A stretch of DNA of 64,000 bases. Origin: an uncultured Bacillales bacterium. Lineage in GTDB: Bacteria > Bacillota_I > Bacilli_A > RF39 > UBA660. Below the pieces are notes generated by a model. It saw only the letters and a list, made by a program, of their open reading frames with translations, made no database searches and was not told the DNA's origin. The stretch covers positions 13,579 through 77,578 of the forward strand of contig CAOJDP010000002.1 of the NCBI GenBank assembly GCA_948433085.1, given 5' to 3'. Position numbers and translations under genes: made by a program. Positions 47,621 through 57,332 of this stretch are shown one piece after another. Numbering within the stretch: position 1 is the stretch's first letter; every line of letters begins with the position of its first letter.

Positions 47621-48391
47621 ATGTTTAAAAATTTGTACCAATATCGAGAATTATTAAAAAGTAATGTAAAAAAGGAAATTAGGGGAAAGTATAAAGGCTC
47701 ATTTTTAGGAATATTATGGTCTTTTGTCAATCCTCTACTACAAGTACTTGTATATGCAATTGTATTTCCATTAATATTAAAAAGTCCAGAGCCAAATTAT
47801 GTTGTATTTTTAATTATTGGAATTTTACCATGGACTTGGGTAACTACTTCCATTAGTCAAGGAACTTTTACGATTTTAGGAAATGCAGGAATTATTAAAA
47901 AAGTTTATTTTCCAAGAGAAATACTACCAATTTCTGTAGTGACGAGTGGTTTAATTAATTTCTTGATTTCGTGTTTGATTATTTTTGTATTTTTGATTTT
48001 TAGTCATATTGGATTTAGTTTATACCTCTTATATTTACCATTAGTGATTATCGCTCAATATATGATAACTTTAGGTATTGTGTTCATTACGAGTGCAATT
48101 AATGTGTATATTCGAGATGCGGAATATATTATTAATTTTATTGTAAATATGTTATTTTATGCTACTCCAATTTTATATTCGCCAGATGTTTTTTCAGGAA
48201 CAAAATTTGAAATGTTAATTCATTGTAATCCATTCGCAACGATTATTAATGGATATAGGGATATTTTGTTCTATCAAACAATGCCAAATTTAGAAATGTT
48301 GTTAGTTGTTTTAGGAATCGGAGTTATTATTCTATTATTTGGTATTCAAGTATTTAGAAAATTAGAACGTGGCTTTGCAGAGGAAGTATAG
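47621..48391 (+). CDS. ABC-2 type permease, TagG/Wzm-like
   Basis: Six TM helices; KYKGSFLGILWSFVNP ABC-2 N-terminal motif. Confidence 0.75.
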   Translation: MFKNLYQYRELLKSNVKKEIRGKYKGSFLGILWSFVNPLLQVLVYAIVFPLILKSPEPNYVVFLIIGILPWTWVTTSISQGTFTILGNAGIIKKVYFPREILPISVVTSGLINFLISCLIIFVFLIFSHIGFSLYLLYLPLVIIAQYMITLGIVFITSAINVYIRDAEYIINFIVNMLFYATPILYSPDVFSGTKFEMLIHCNPFATIINGYRDILFYQTMPNLEMLLVVLGIGVIILLFGIQVFRKLERGFAEEV

Positions 48392-48651
48392 TCGGTAATT
48401 TTTTGTGAAAAATAATATTGTAATGATTACTGGAAAGATCTATTTTCGTTATAACGAATCAATGTAAATAATGATACTTTGCATATGTTGAACTACTGTC
48501 TTAATTCTCTAATTTTCTAAAGCTTGATAAACTTTACGCTCATATCGTTAAATTAAAAATTTATATGCATTTTAAACGAAAAGGAAAATTTTTGCATTAA
48601 TTCAATAAATAGCTTTCATAAATCATAATAAATTTAAAAAAGCTGAAAGGA

Positions 48652-50754
48652 ATGAAGTTCAAAATGAAAACGAATCAAAATTTAAAAAGTACAGAAGAAA
48701 TTATTTTAGAAAATATTGAATACCATAACAAATATGGAGAATTATACAAAGAAAATATTCAGTTGTTATCGGATTTTCAAAAACTGCAAGAAGAAAATGA
48801 GGATTTAACCAATCGGTTATGGACTATTTGGAATTCTAAATCTTGGAAAATTTCAAAACCATTTCGAATGATTGAAGGGAAATTAACAAGAGAAAAAACA
48901 GTTACATCGCAAGTGAAACAAGATATGCCAAAAAGAAAACAAAAGAGGATTTTACCTGAGAAACTTTTGAAGCAACTTCTTGCATATGATGTCATTTCTT
49001 TTGATATATTTGATACGCTTATTTTAAGAAATGTAAACTGTCCAACTGACTTATTTCAATTGGTTGGAGATCAAGTTGGAATTGAAAACTTTAAAACCTA
49101 CCGTATAAAAGCAGAAGCGGAAGCAAGAAAATCAACAGATAAAAAAAATATGGAAATTAATATATTTGATATTTATAAAGTTTTATCGAAATATATAAAA
49201 ATGGATCAAGAAAAAATAATGAAAGTAGAATTTGAAGTTGAAAAAGAATTTTGTATGGCGAATCCTTACTTTTTACAAATATTTGAAGAATTGAAACAAA
49301 AAAAGAAAAAAATCATTATAGTAAGTGATATGTATTGGCCAAAAGAATATTTAATGAAATTATTAGAACATTGTGGCTATCATTCTTACACTGAACTTTT
49401 TGTTTCCTGTGAATATGAAGAGAATAAAGGGAGTGGCCAATTACAGAAAATTGCAGTACAAAAAATTGGTAAAAAATATACCTATATTCATATTGGCGAT
49501 AATTATCTTTCTGATATTGAGGGAAGTAAGAAAAATGGGTGGGGGACATACTATTATCCAAAATGTTCGAGTATGTCTAATTATAAAACAATAAAGAACT
49601 CTGTTACATCCTCTATTAATAAAGCCATTGTAGATAATTATTTTTATCATGCAATTGATTCCTATGATTCTTTTTTTAAATATGGATTTCAGTATGGGGG
49701 CTTTTTAGTTTGTGGTTTTTGTGAATGGTTAAATACATTTGCAAAACAAAATAATATTGATAAATTCCTTTTTTTAGCACGTGATATGAAAGTAGTACAC
49801 CAAGTTTATCAAAAATTTTATAATCAAGTGGAGAATGAATATTTAGTCATTTCAAGAAGTGCTGCACTTGAACTTAACTTTGATGAAATGCCTGAAGAAT
49901 TTATAGAATTTTATTTTAAACCTAGAATGAATTCAAATGAAAATTTGAAAAGTATGTTGGTGGATAGTGATTTAGCATTCTTAGTAGAAAAATTAGAATC
50001 TCATCATCTTTCTGCTTTGGATAGATTGACTGATGAAAATTATGATCAATTTAGAAATTTTATATACGATTATCAAGATGTGATTTGTACCTATTTTGAA
50101 AGTTCTAAAATAGCAGCCCAAAAATATTTAAAAGAGAAAATTGGGAAAGGAAAAAATATAGCGGTAATTGATTTAGGATGGAGTGGTCAAATTTTAATTC
50201 AATTACGTCATTTTATTAAGCATAATATCCACCAGGATATAAATGTTGTTGGTGCTTATATGGCAAATTCAAATAGTAATAAAGTGAATCATTATATTGA
50301 AAGTGGAATTATGACATCTTATTTGTTTTCATATGCACATAACAATGATTTCTTGTTAGATACTACAACTATAGCAGGAAATACCAAAGCGATGCTTTTG
50401 GAAGCAATGTTTTCTTCATCGGAAGGAACATTATTAAAATATGAATTAGGTGCGGATAATTCTTACCAATTTTTGTATGGGAATCCATCTGCAAATCAGG
50501 AAGGTATTGAGAAGCTGATGGAAGGGATTGTTGCATTCGCACAGATTTATCATACGCTTACAAAAAATAGTAGAAGTTTGAAAATTTCAAGTGTAGATGC
50601 ATATATGCCATTCCATATTATAAGTAGTAATTATCCATATAATTACAGTATTTTTAAAGATACAAAAGAGTATTTAGATAGCTTGCCACGTTTTTGTGGA
50701 AAAAGAAATTTAACCACAATTGGAAAAATTATGAAAAATAGGAAGCTTTTGTAG
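48652..50754 (+). CDS. large protein with N-terminal coiled coil, SWKISKPFR motif and HAD-like hydrolase domain (cell-wall polysaccharide biosynthesis context)
   Basis: VISFDIFDTLILR (HAD motif I-like), SDMY, GDNYLSD. Confidence 0.4.
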   Translation: MKFKMKTNQNLKSTEEIILENIEYHNKYGELYKENIQLLSDFQKLQEENEDLTNRLWTIWNSKSWKISKPFRMIEGKLTREKTVTSQVKQDMPKRKQKRILPEKLLKQLLAYDVISFDIFDTLILRNVNCPTDLFQLVGDQVGIENFKTYRIKAEAEARKSTDKKNMEINIFDIYKVLSKYIKMDQEKIMKVEFEVEKEFCMANPYFLQIFEELKQKKKKIIIVSDMYWPKEYLMKLLEHCGYHSYTELFVSCEYEENKGSGQLQKIAVQKIGKKYTYIHIGDNYLSDIEGSKKNGWGTYYYPKCSSMSNYKTIKNSVTSSINKAIVDNYFYHAIDSYDSFFKYGFQYGGFLVCGFCEWLNTFAKQNNIDKFLFLARDMKVVHQVYQKFYNQVENEYLVISRSAALELNFDEMPEEFIEFYFKPRMNSNENLKSMLVDSDLAFLVEKLESHHLSALDRLTDENYDQFRNFIYDYQDVICTYFESSKIAAQKYLKEKIGKGKNIAVIDLGWSGQILIQLRHFIKHNIHQDINVVGAYMANSNSNKVNHYIESGIMTSYLFSYAHNNDFLLDTTTIAGNTKAMLLEAMFSSSEGTLLKYELGADNSYQFLYGNPSANQEGIEKLMEGIVAFAQIYHTLTKNSRSLKISSVDAYMPFHIISSNYPYNYSIFKDTKEYLDSLPRFCGKRNLTTIGKIMKNRKLL

Positions 50755-50762
50755 GAGGTATT

Positions 50763-52514
50763 ATGGTTTTCAATAAAAAAAAGGTAAAAAGATTAGGTGT
50801 TTTTGTATTTTATGATCCCGATTCTATCGTAGATGATTATGTGCTATTTCTGTTGGACACATTAAAAGAGGCGGTTACAGATCTTATCATTGTGTCAAAC
50901 TCTTATTTACCAAATTGTGAAAGAGAGAAATTTTTAAAATATACACAGAAGATACATGTAAGGGATAATATTGGATTAGATGCGGCTGCATTTCAATATG
51001 TTTATCAAGAATATGGAAGAGCGTTTTTTTCACAATATGATGAGTTAGTTTTATTAAATGATACTTTTTATGGACCATTTGAACCATTTTCTAAAATTTT
51101 TGAAACCATGGAAAAAAGGGATGTGGATTTTTGGGGATTTACTGCAAACTATGACAGTGAAGATGGTTATGGAACATCAGAAAGTGGTTATATAAAAGCA
51201 CATGTGCAAATGTTTTTAATTGCCTTTCGAAATACAGTGCTTATAAGTGATGCATTTGATAATTATTGGAAAAATTATGATGTAGAACATATGCTTTCTT
51301 TTCATGATGTAGTGATTAAACATGAATTAACTTTTACAAATTATTTAGAGGAAAATGGATTTTGCTGGGATACTTATGTGGATTTAGCGTATTTTAAATC
51401 GGAGAAAAAAGAAAGAAATTATAATATATATGGTTACTCTTCTTATAATTTGATTCAAAATTTTAATTGTCCATTTATAAAAAGAAAAAATTTGATATTT
51501 GATAAAAGTGATGCTTTATATATCAATAGTGGGATGGACGGAAGAAATTGTCTAGACTATATTAAAAACAATCATTTATACAATTTGGATTACATTTTTA
51601 AAAATTTAATTCGGTTATACAATCCTATTGACCTTTATCAAGGATTAGGGTTAAATTATATTGTTACAGAACAGAAAAAGAACAATAAGAATTGTTTAAT
51701 TTATATGCATATCTCTGATTGTAAAACATTTCAATTGCTAGATGGATATCTTTCAAAGATTGAAGAACATGATGTGATTCTTGTAACAGAAAATAAGGAG
51801 ATTCATGAATTGGATCCTAAAGTAAAATTAGTAGATGCAAGTGATTATTTATTTAAACATAAAGAGGAATGGATGAAAAAATATGATTATGTATGTTTGT
51901 TAGAACTTAAGAGAGAATATCCGAATGACATTATAGAAATAGATGATTCCAATCTCATTCGAATGATAGAAAATGCATGTGCAACAGATGCTTATATCAA
52001 TGGAATATCACAAATTTTTAATCAGAATCCTTATATTGGGGTTTTATATCTTCCAGAATCTTTTCATAATAAATACTTTTCTAATTTGAATGGGCATTTA
52101 TGGAAGAAATATTTAGAGATAATTGAAAAAAATAGTTGTTATAACAATGTACATAAGTTTGTACCTAACAGTAACCAAGGAATTTGGGTATGTTCTGAAG
52201 CATTATCTAATATTGAAAATAAAGATTTATCATTAGAAGAAATTATTGTTGTGTTACCATTTACTTTAAAAAAGAATGTGAAGTGTTTTGGAAAAGTATA
52301 CCGTTCTGATTATATGGCAAATGATTTGGTGTGTATGGAACGTATTATGCAGAAAATGTTGGATGAAGATACAGAAGAAATTGTATATCCATTTGATGCT
52401 AGTAAAATTCTATTCCATGAGTCTAATCTGCGTAAGTTTATAAGACGTGCGATTCCAAAAGAAGTAAGAGGAAAAATAATGCATATTGTAAGACATGGGG
52501 AGAAAAAAGAATGA
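50763..52514 (+). CDS. polysaccharide biosynthesis protein, possibly rhamnan-synthesis-F (RgpF)-like
   Basis: 583 aa; context among glycosyltransferases; tentative. Confidence 0.3.
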   Translation: MVFNKKKVKRLGVFVFYDPDSIVDDYVLFLLDTLKEAVTDLIIVSNSYLPNCEREKFLKYTQKIHVRDNIGLDAAAFQYVYQEYGRAFFSQYDELVLLNDTFYGPFEPFSKIFETMEKRDVDFWGFTANYDSEDGYGTSESGYIKAHVQMFLIAFRNTVLISDAFDNYWKNYDVEHMLSFHDVVIKHELTFTNYLEENGFCWDTYVDLAYFKSEKKERNYNIYGYSSYNLIQNFNCPFIKRKNLIFDKSDALYINSGMDGRNCLDYIKNNHLYNLDYIFKNLIRLYNPIDLYQGLGLNYIVTEQKKNNKNCLIYMHISDCKTFQLLDGYLSKIEEHDVILVTENKEIHELDPKVKLVDASDYLFKHKEEWMKKYDYVCLLELKREYPNDIIEIDDSNLIRMIENACATDAYINGISQIFNQNPYIGVLYLPESFHNKYFSNLNGHLWKKYLEIIEKNSCYNNVHKFVPNSNQGIWVCSEALSNIENKDLSLEEIIVVLPFTLKKNVKCFGKVYRSDYMANDLVCMERIMQKMLDEDTEEIVYPFDASKILFHESNLRKFIRRAIPKEVRGKIMHIVRHGEKKE

Positions 52515-53359
52515 AAATAGCAGGTGTAGTTACTTTATATCATCCAGATATAGAAGTGAAAAAAAATATGGAATCTTATTTATCTCAAGTGGAAAAATTA
52601 TACGTAATTGATAATACAGAAAATATAGAGAATAGAGAAATTTTGCCAGTGAATGATAAAATTGTATATCTTCCAAATCGTGAAAATTTGGGTGTTTCAA
52701 AAGCATTAAATATGGGAGCTGAGATGGCCCGAAAGGATGGATTTGATTGGTTATTGACAATGGATCAAGATAGTTGTTTTGAAGAAGATCAACTCGTGTT
52801 ACTCATTCAATATTTAGAGGAACATCCAAATGATAAAATCGGCTTGGTTTCGCCATGGCACAATACAAAAAGTGGAGCAATAAAACCAGATATAGATGTA
52901 GAAGAAGTGATGGAAGTTATGACATCGGGTAATATTATTAACTTAGATGCCCATCAAGAAATCGGTGGCTTTAAGGAATGGTTATTTATTGATTCTATTG
53001 ATATTGAATATGGAATGAATTTGAATAAACATCATTATAAGGTTATTCGTTTAAATTCTATCGAATTGGAACATGAATTGGGGGATATTAAAATTAAACA
53101 TGTTTTAGGAAGAAATCTAGTTTGTAGTAATCACAATTATATTAGAAGATATTATATTGTAAGAAATATTAATTATGTATATTCCATGTATCATGATGAT
53201 TTTAAAGAGTACTGTGAGTTTATCCGAAATGGTTTAAAAGGTGCTTTTAGAAATGTGCTTGTTTTTGAAAAAGATAAGTATAGAAAGATTCGAAATATGT
53301 ATCGTGGTTATAGGGATTTTAAAAAGGGAATCAAAGGAAAATATGCTTACAAAAATTAA
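52511..53359 (+). CDS. family 2 glycosyltransferase
   Basis: VVTLYHPD...VIDNTEN ... LTMDQDS pattern. Confidence 0.6.
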   Translation: MKIAGVVTLYHPDIEVKKNMESYLSQVEKLYVIDNTENIENREILPVNDKIVYLPNRENLGVSKALNMGAEMARKDGFDWLLTMDQDSCFEEDQLVLLIQYLEEHPNDKIGLVSPWHNTKSGAIKPDIDVEEVMEVMTSGNIINLDAHQEIGGFKEWLFIDSIDIEYGMNLNKHHYKVIRLNSIELEHELGDIKIKHVLGRNLVCSNHNYIRRYYIVRNINYVYSMYHDDFKEYCEFIRNGLKGAFRNVLVFEKDKYRKIRNMYRGYRDFKKGIKGKYAYKN

Positions 53360-53753
53360 AAGGAATTCAAAACTGAAAATTTTATTTTACCAAATTATGA
53401 AATTTGGAATGGTAGGTATGATTGCTTTTTTGATTGATTATAGTATACTTTATATACTGACAGAATTTTGTTTCATTCATTACATGGTTTCCTCTGTTAT
53501 TTCTTTTATCATATCATTAGTTTTTAATTATATTGCGAGTGTTTATTGGGTTTTTGATATACAGAGAAAACAGACCATTAAAGATATAGAAATATTTGCA
53601 GGGTTAAGTGTTATTGGACTTGTAATCAATCAAATTGTAATGTATCTTTTGACGGATGTTGGTAACTTTTATTATATGTTTAGTAAATTGTTTGCTACAG
53701 GAATTGTTATGATATGGAATTTTATAACGAGGAAAATATTTATAGAAAAGTAG
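53343..53753 (+). CDS. GtrA-family small membrane protein
   Basis: ILFYQIMKFGMVGMIAFLIDYSILYILTEF ... WNFITRKIF is the GtrA-like pattern; four TM helices. Confidence 0.6.
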   Translation: MLTKIKRNSKLKILFYQIMKFGMVGMIAFLIDYSILYILTEFCFIHYMVSSVISFIISLVFNYIASVYWVFDIQRKQTIKDIEIFAGLSVIGLVINQIVMYLLTDVGNFYYMFSKLFATGIVMIWNFITRKIFIEK

Positions 53754-53889
53754 TGATAGATTGGTTTTAAAAAATAAATATTGTTTTTAAAAGAACAAAT
53801 TCTAGTTCTTTTTTTGTAAAGTAAAGGATTTCACAGAATACTTTTCTTTACTAAATAAGCAAATTAACGTATAATGACCTTAGGTGAGT

Positions 53890-55047
53890 ATGATGAAAAA
53901 GGTAACTATTTTAGCGCTTCATTTAGGGTATGGAGGTATTGAAAAATGTATCAGTATGCTTGCAAATAGCTTAAGTGATCATTATCATGTAGAGATTATT
54001 GCTACCTATAAATTATATGATAAACCAGCCTTTTATCTTAATCCCAATATAAAAGTTTGCTATTTATTACCTAAAATGAAACCCAATAAGCAAGAATTTT
54101 TAACTGCAATTAGACAATTTCATCTCATTCGAGCATTTCGAGAATTTAAAAAGGCCCTCCACATACTAAAAATGAAAAAAGAAAAAATGGTAGAAGCTAT
54201 TCAAAAGTGTGAGAGTGATATTATGATTTCAACCCGTGATATCCATAATGCTTGGTTAGGAAAGTATGGAAAAAAAGGGGTCATTAAAATTGGGTGGGAA
54301 CATAATCATCCTCATGGAAACTTAAAGTATGCGAAGAAAATTATAAAATCTGTGGAAAACTTAAATGCTTTTGTAGTGGTATCTAAAACATTAAAAGATT
54401 TTTATGCACCCCAATTAAAAATACCTTGTATTTATATACCAAATGCTATTGAAGAAATTCCTTCCAAAAAATCAGAACAAACGGAAGCACGTATCGTATC
54501 GGTAGGGAGACTGTCTAAAGAAAAAGGATATCCGGATTTAATTGATGTTTTCAGCCTTGTAAAAGAGAAATATCCTATCTGGCATTTAGATATTATTGGG
54601 GATGGGAATGAAGCTGAATTATTGAAACAAAAGATAAAAGAATTAGAATTAACAGATAACATTACATTACATGGCTTCCAAGATAAAACCTATATCAATC
54701 AAATTTACCAAAATTCATCCATTTATGTAATGTCTTCCTATACAGAATCGTTTGGTCTAGTATTATTAGAGGCGTTTTCCTATGCATTACCTTGTGTTGC
54801 TTTTGATAGTGCTGAAGGGGCATGCGCGTTAATTAGTAATAATTGGGATGGATATTTAATTAAAGATAGGGATAAAGAACAAATGGCGAAAAGAATTATA
54901 GAATTAATTAAAAATAAAAATCGAAGAATTATAATGGGGAATAATGGTAGAAAAAAAGCTGAGAATTATCAAATGAATGAAATTAAAAAAGAATGGATTT
55001 CTCTACTAGAGGGGGATGACAATGAAAAAGATACTATGGATATCTAG
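53890..55047 (+). CDS. GT4 family glycosyltransferase
   Basis: EX7E motif ESFGLVLLEAFSYALPCVAFD; GDG...L. Confidence 0.8.
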   Translation: MMKKVTILALHLGYGGIEKCISMLANSLSDHYHVEIIATYKLYDKPAFYLNPNIKVCYLLPKMKPNKQEFLTAIRQFHLIRAFREFKKALHILKMKKEKMVEAIQKCESDIMISTRDIHNAWLGKYGKKGVIKIGWEHNHPHGNLKYAKKIIKSVENLNAFVVVSKTLKDFYAPQLKIPCIYIPNAIEEIPSKKSEQTEARIVSVGRLSKEKGYPDLIDVFSLVKEKYPIWHLDIIGDGNEAELLKQKIKELELTDNITLHGFQDKTYINQIYQNSSIYVMSSYTESFGLVLLEAFSYALPCVAFDSAEGACALISNNWDGYLIKDRDKEQMAKRIIELIKNKNRRIIMGNNGRKKAENYQMNEIKKEWISLLEGDDNEKDTMDI

Positions 55048-55492
55048 TCAAGGTGGGCATTTAAATGAATTATTGCAATTGGAAAATTTGTTTTCTGGAT
55101 ATGAGTCTTCTATTATGACAGAAAAGACAAAGGCGACAACTTTTCTAAAGGAAAAGTATCCCCATACTATTTATTTACCTTATGGGACAAAACACAATTT
55201 GCTATTTTATCCATTTATTTTATTTGCTAACTGTTTCATCAGTTTATATCAATATTTAAAAATTAGACCAGATTATATTATCACTACAGGGGCGCATACA
55301 GCAGGTCCTATGTGTTGTATTGCAAAGATTATGGGGAGTAAAGTGATTTATATTGAGACGTTTGCGAATAGGAATAGTAAAACTGCAACTGGTAAATTGA
55401 TTTATTTATTTGCGGATTTATTCATTGTGCAATGGAAGAGTATGCTTAAATTTTATCCCAAAGCGAAATTTGGAGGTTGGATTTTTAAATGA
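55022..55492 (+). CDS. Alg14-like glycosyltransferase membrane-anchoring subunit
   Basis: ILWISSQGGHLNELLQL N-terminal motif typical of Alg14/Cps14F/EpsE. Confidence 0.55.
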   Translation: MKKILWISSQGGHLNELLQLENLFSGYESSIMTEKTKATTFLKEKYPHTIYLPYGTKHNLLFYPFILFANCFISLYQYLKIRPDYIITTGAHTAGPMCCIAKIMGSKVIYIETFANRNSKTATGKLIYLFADLFIVQWKSMLKFYPKAKFGGWIFK

Positions 55493-56304
55493 TATTTGTA
55501 ATACTTGGAACACAGGATAAACAGTTTACACGATTATTAGAAGAAATCAATACATTGATTCTAGATGGCATCATAAGTCAAAGCGTAGTTGTACAAGCTG
55601 GAACTACCAAATACAAGTCCAAAAATATGGAAATTCATAAAATGATTCCACAGGGGAAGTTTTTAGAGTATATGGAACAAAGTGAGTATATTATTACACA
55701 TGGTGGGGTTGGAACAATTTTAGATGCAATGAAAAAAAATAAAAAAGTAATTGCAGTTCCTAGACGAAAAATGTATGCAGAACATGAAAATGATCATCAA
55801 GTGCAAATAATAGAAAAATTTTCAAAAGAAAAATATATTATTGGTTGTGAATCAGTTTCAGACTTAAAAAGTGCCATTTGCCAGATAGAAACTTTTAAAC
55901 CTAAAAAATGTGTCTTAGGTAACGAAAGAATGACAAAATTGCTTACCCATTATATCGAAAATACGCCTTCTTCCAAACGAAAAGATATTATGGTTTATGG
56001 TGTTTATGCCTTGTTTTCATTGATACTTCAAATTTTTTTGTATTTTGTATTTCAAACTTTTCATAGCTTATTATTTTCTATGTGGATTAGTTGGTTTTTA
56101 TCTTATATTCTTTTGATTGTATATACGTATCCAAAAAGAAATTATCTGTTTGAAATTTTGTTTGTAATTTTTGTGACAAGTGTTCAACTCTTAGGATTGG
56201 ATATGGTATATTACAATATAATTCCTTATCTAGGTATAACGGTTTTGATAGATATTATTGCCTATATAGGGCATACGTGTTTTTATAAAAGGTGGTCAAA
56301 ATGA
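55489..56304 (+). CDS. Alg13-like (GT28 C-terminal domain) glycosyltransferase catalytic subunit with an unusual C-terminal multi-TM extension
   Basis: MIFVILGTQDKQFTRL...ITHGGVGTILDAMKKNKKVIAVPR; residues about 160-271 are hydrophobic. Confidence 0.55.
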   Translation: MIFVILGTQDKQFTRLLEEINTLILDGIISQSVVVQAGTTKYKSKNMEIHKMIPQGKFLEYMEQSEYIITHGGVGTILDAMKKNKKVIAVPRRKMYAEHENDHQVQIIEKFSKEKYIIGCESVSDLKSAICQIETFKPKKCVLGNERMTKLLTHYIENTPSSKRKDIMVYGVYALFSLILQIFLYFVFQTFHSLLFSMWISWFLSYILLIVYTYPKRNYLFEILFVIFVTSVQLLGLDMVYYNIIPYLGITVLIDIIAYIGHTCFYKRWSK

Positions 56305-57239
56305 AAAAACAATTATTAACTGTAATCGTTTCTTGTTATAATGAACAAGATTCGATACCTTATTTTTATAAGGAAATTACAAAAGTTGCGGATAGGATGA
56401 AACCATTGACATTTGAGTTTTTATTTGTAGACGATGGATCTCAGGATAATACTTTGCAAGTAATTAAAAATTTAAGTCAAAAAGATCAAAGAGTAAGATA
56501 TGTATCATTTTCTAGAAATTTTGGGAAAGAAGCAGCTATGTATGCAGGTCTTAATTATGCAAAGGGAGATTTTATTACTTTAATGGATGCGGATTTACAA
56601 GATCCTCCCAATTTGTTAATTGAAATGTATGATGCAATTACGCAAGAAGGTTATGATACAGTAGGAACAAGAAGGGTTACGAGAAAAGGAGAGCCACCGA
56701 TTCGTAGTTTTTTTGCAAGATGTTTTTATAAATTAATCAATCGGTTATCAAAAGTAGAAATGGTCGATGGAGCAAGGGATTATCGGTTGATGACAAGACA
56801 AGTAGTGGATTCTATTCTAATGTTAAATGAATATAATCGATATTCAAAAGGGTTATTTAGTTTTGTTGGATTTCGAACAAAATGGATTGCTTATGAAAAT
56901 GTAGAACGTGTTGCAGGAGAAACAAAATGGTCTTTTTGGAAATTATTTATTTATGCTTTAGATGGAATTACAGCTTTTTCTACAATTCCTTTGATGCTAG
57001 CAGGTGTTATTGGGTTATTATTTTGCATGGTATCTTTTATTGCCATTCTAGTAATTGTCGCAAAAACATTAATATTTGGAGATCCAACAGGTGGGTGGCC
57101 TTCTATGGTTTGTATTGTATTTTTTGTAGGGGGTGTACAACTCTTTTGTACAGGCATTATAGGACAATATTTATCTAAAACGTATTTAGAAACGAAGCAT
57201 AGACCTATTTATGTTGTAAAAGAAACCGAACAAGAGTAA
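56301..57239 (+). CDS. GT2 polyprenyl-phosphate glycosyltransferase (GtrB/CsbB-like)
   Basis: VIVSCYNEQDS, VDDGSQDNT, two C-terminal TM helices. Confidence 0.7.
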   Translation: MKKQLLTVIVSCYNEQDSIPYFYKEITKVADRMKPLTFEFLFVDDGSQDNTLQVIKNLSQKDQRVRYVSFSRNFGKEAAMYAGLNYAKGDFITLMDADLQDPPNLLIEMYDAITQEGYDTVGTRRVTRKGEPPIRSFFARCFYKLINRLSKVEMVDGARDYRLMTRQVVDSILMLNEYNRYSKGLFSFVGFRTKWIAYENVERVAGETKWSFWKLFIYALDGITAFSTIPLMLAGVIGLLFCMVSFIAILVIVAKTLIFGDPTGGWPSMVCIVFFVGGVQLFCTGIIGQYLSKTYLETKHRPIYVVKETEQE

Positions 57240-57332
57240 TTTGTGTATAGAAATTTTTTAGTAAGTGATAAAATGGTGTTATAAAGCATTGTTAGATTGC
57301 AATAAGCATGATTATAGGAAAGTAGTGAGCAT

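Noticed and set aside
49316-49650. Small ORFs overlapping on both strands inside 48652-50754
   Set aside because: They are nested in a long, well-supported ORF.
56927-57178. Overlapping ORFs inside the GtrB-like gene
   Set aside because: They are alternate-frame artefacts.
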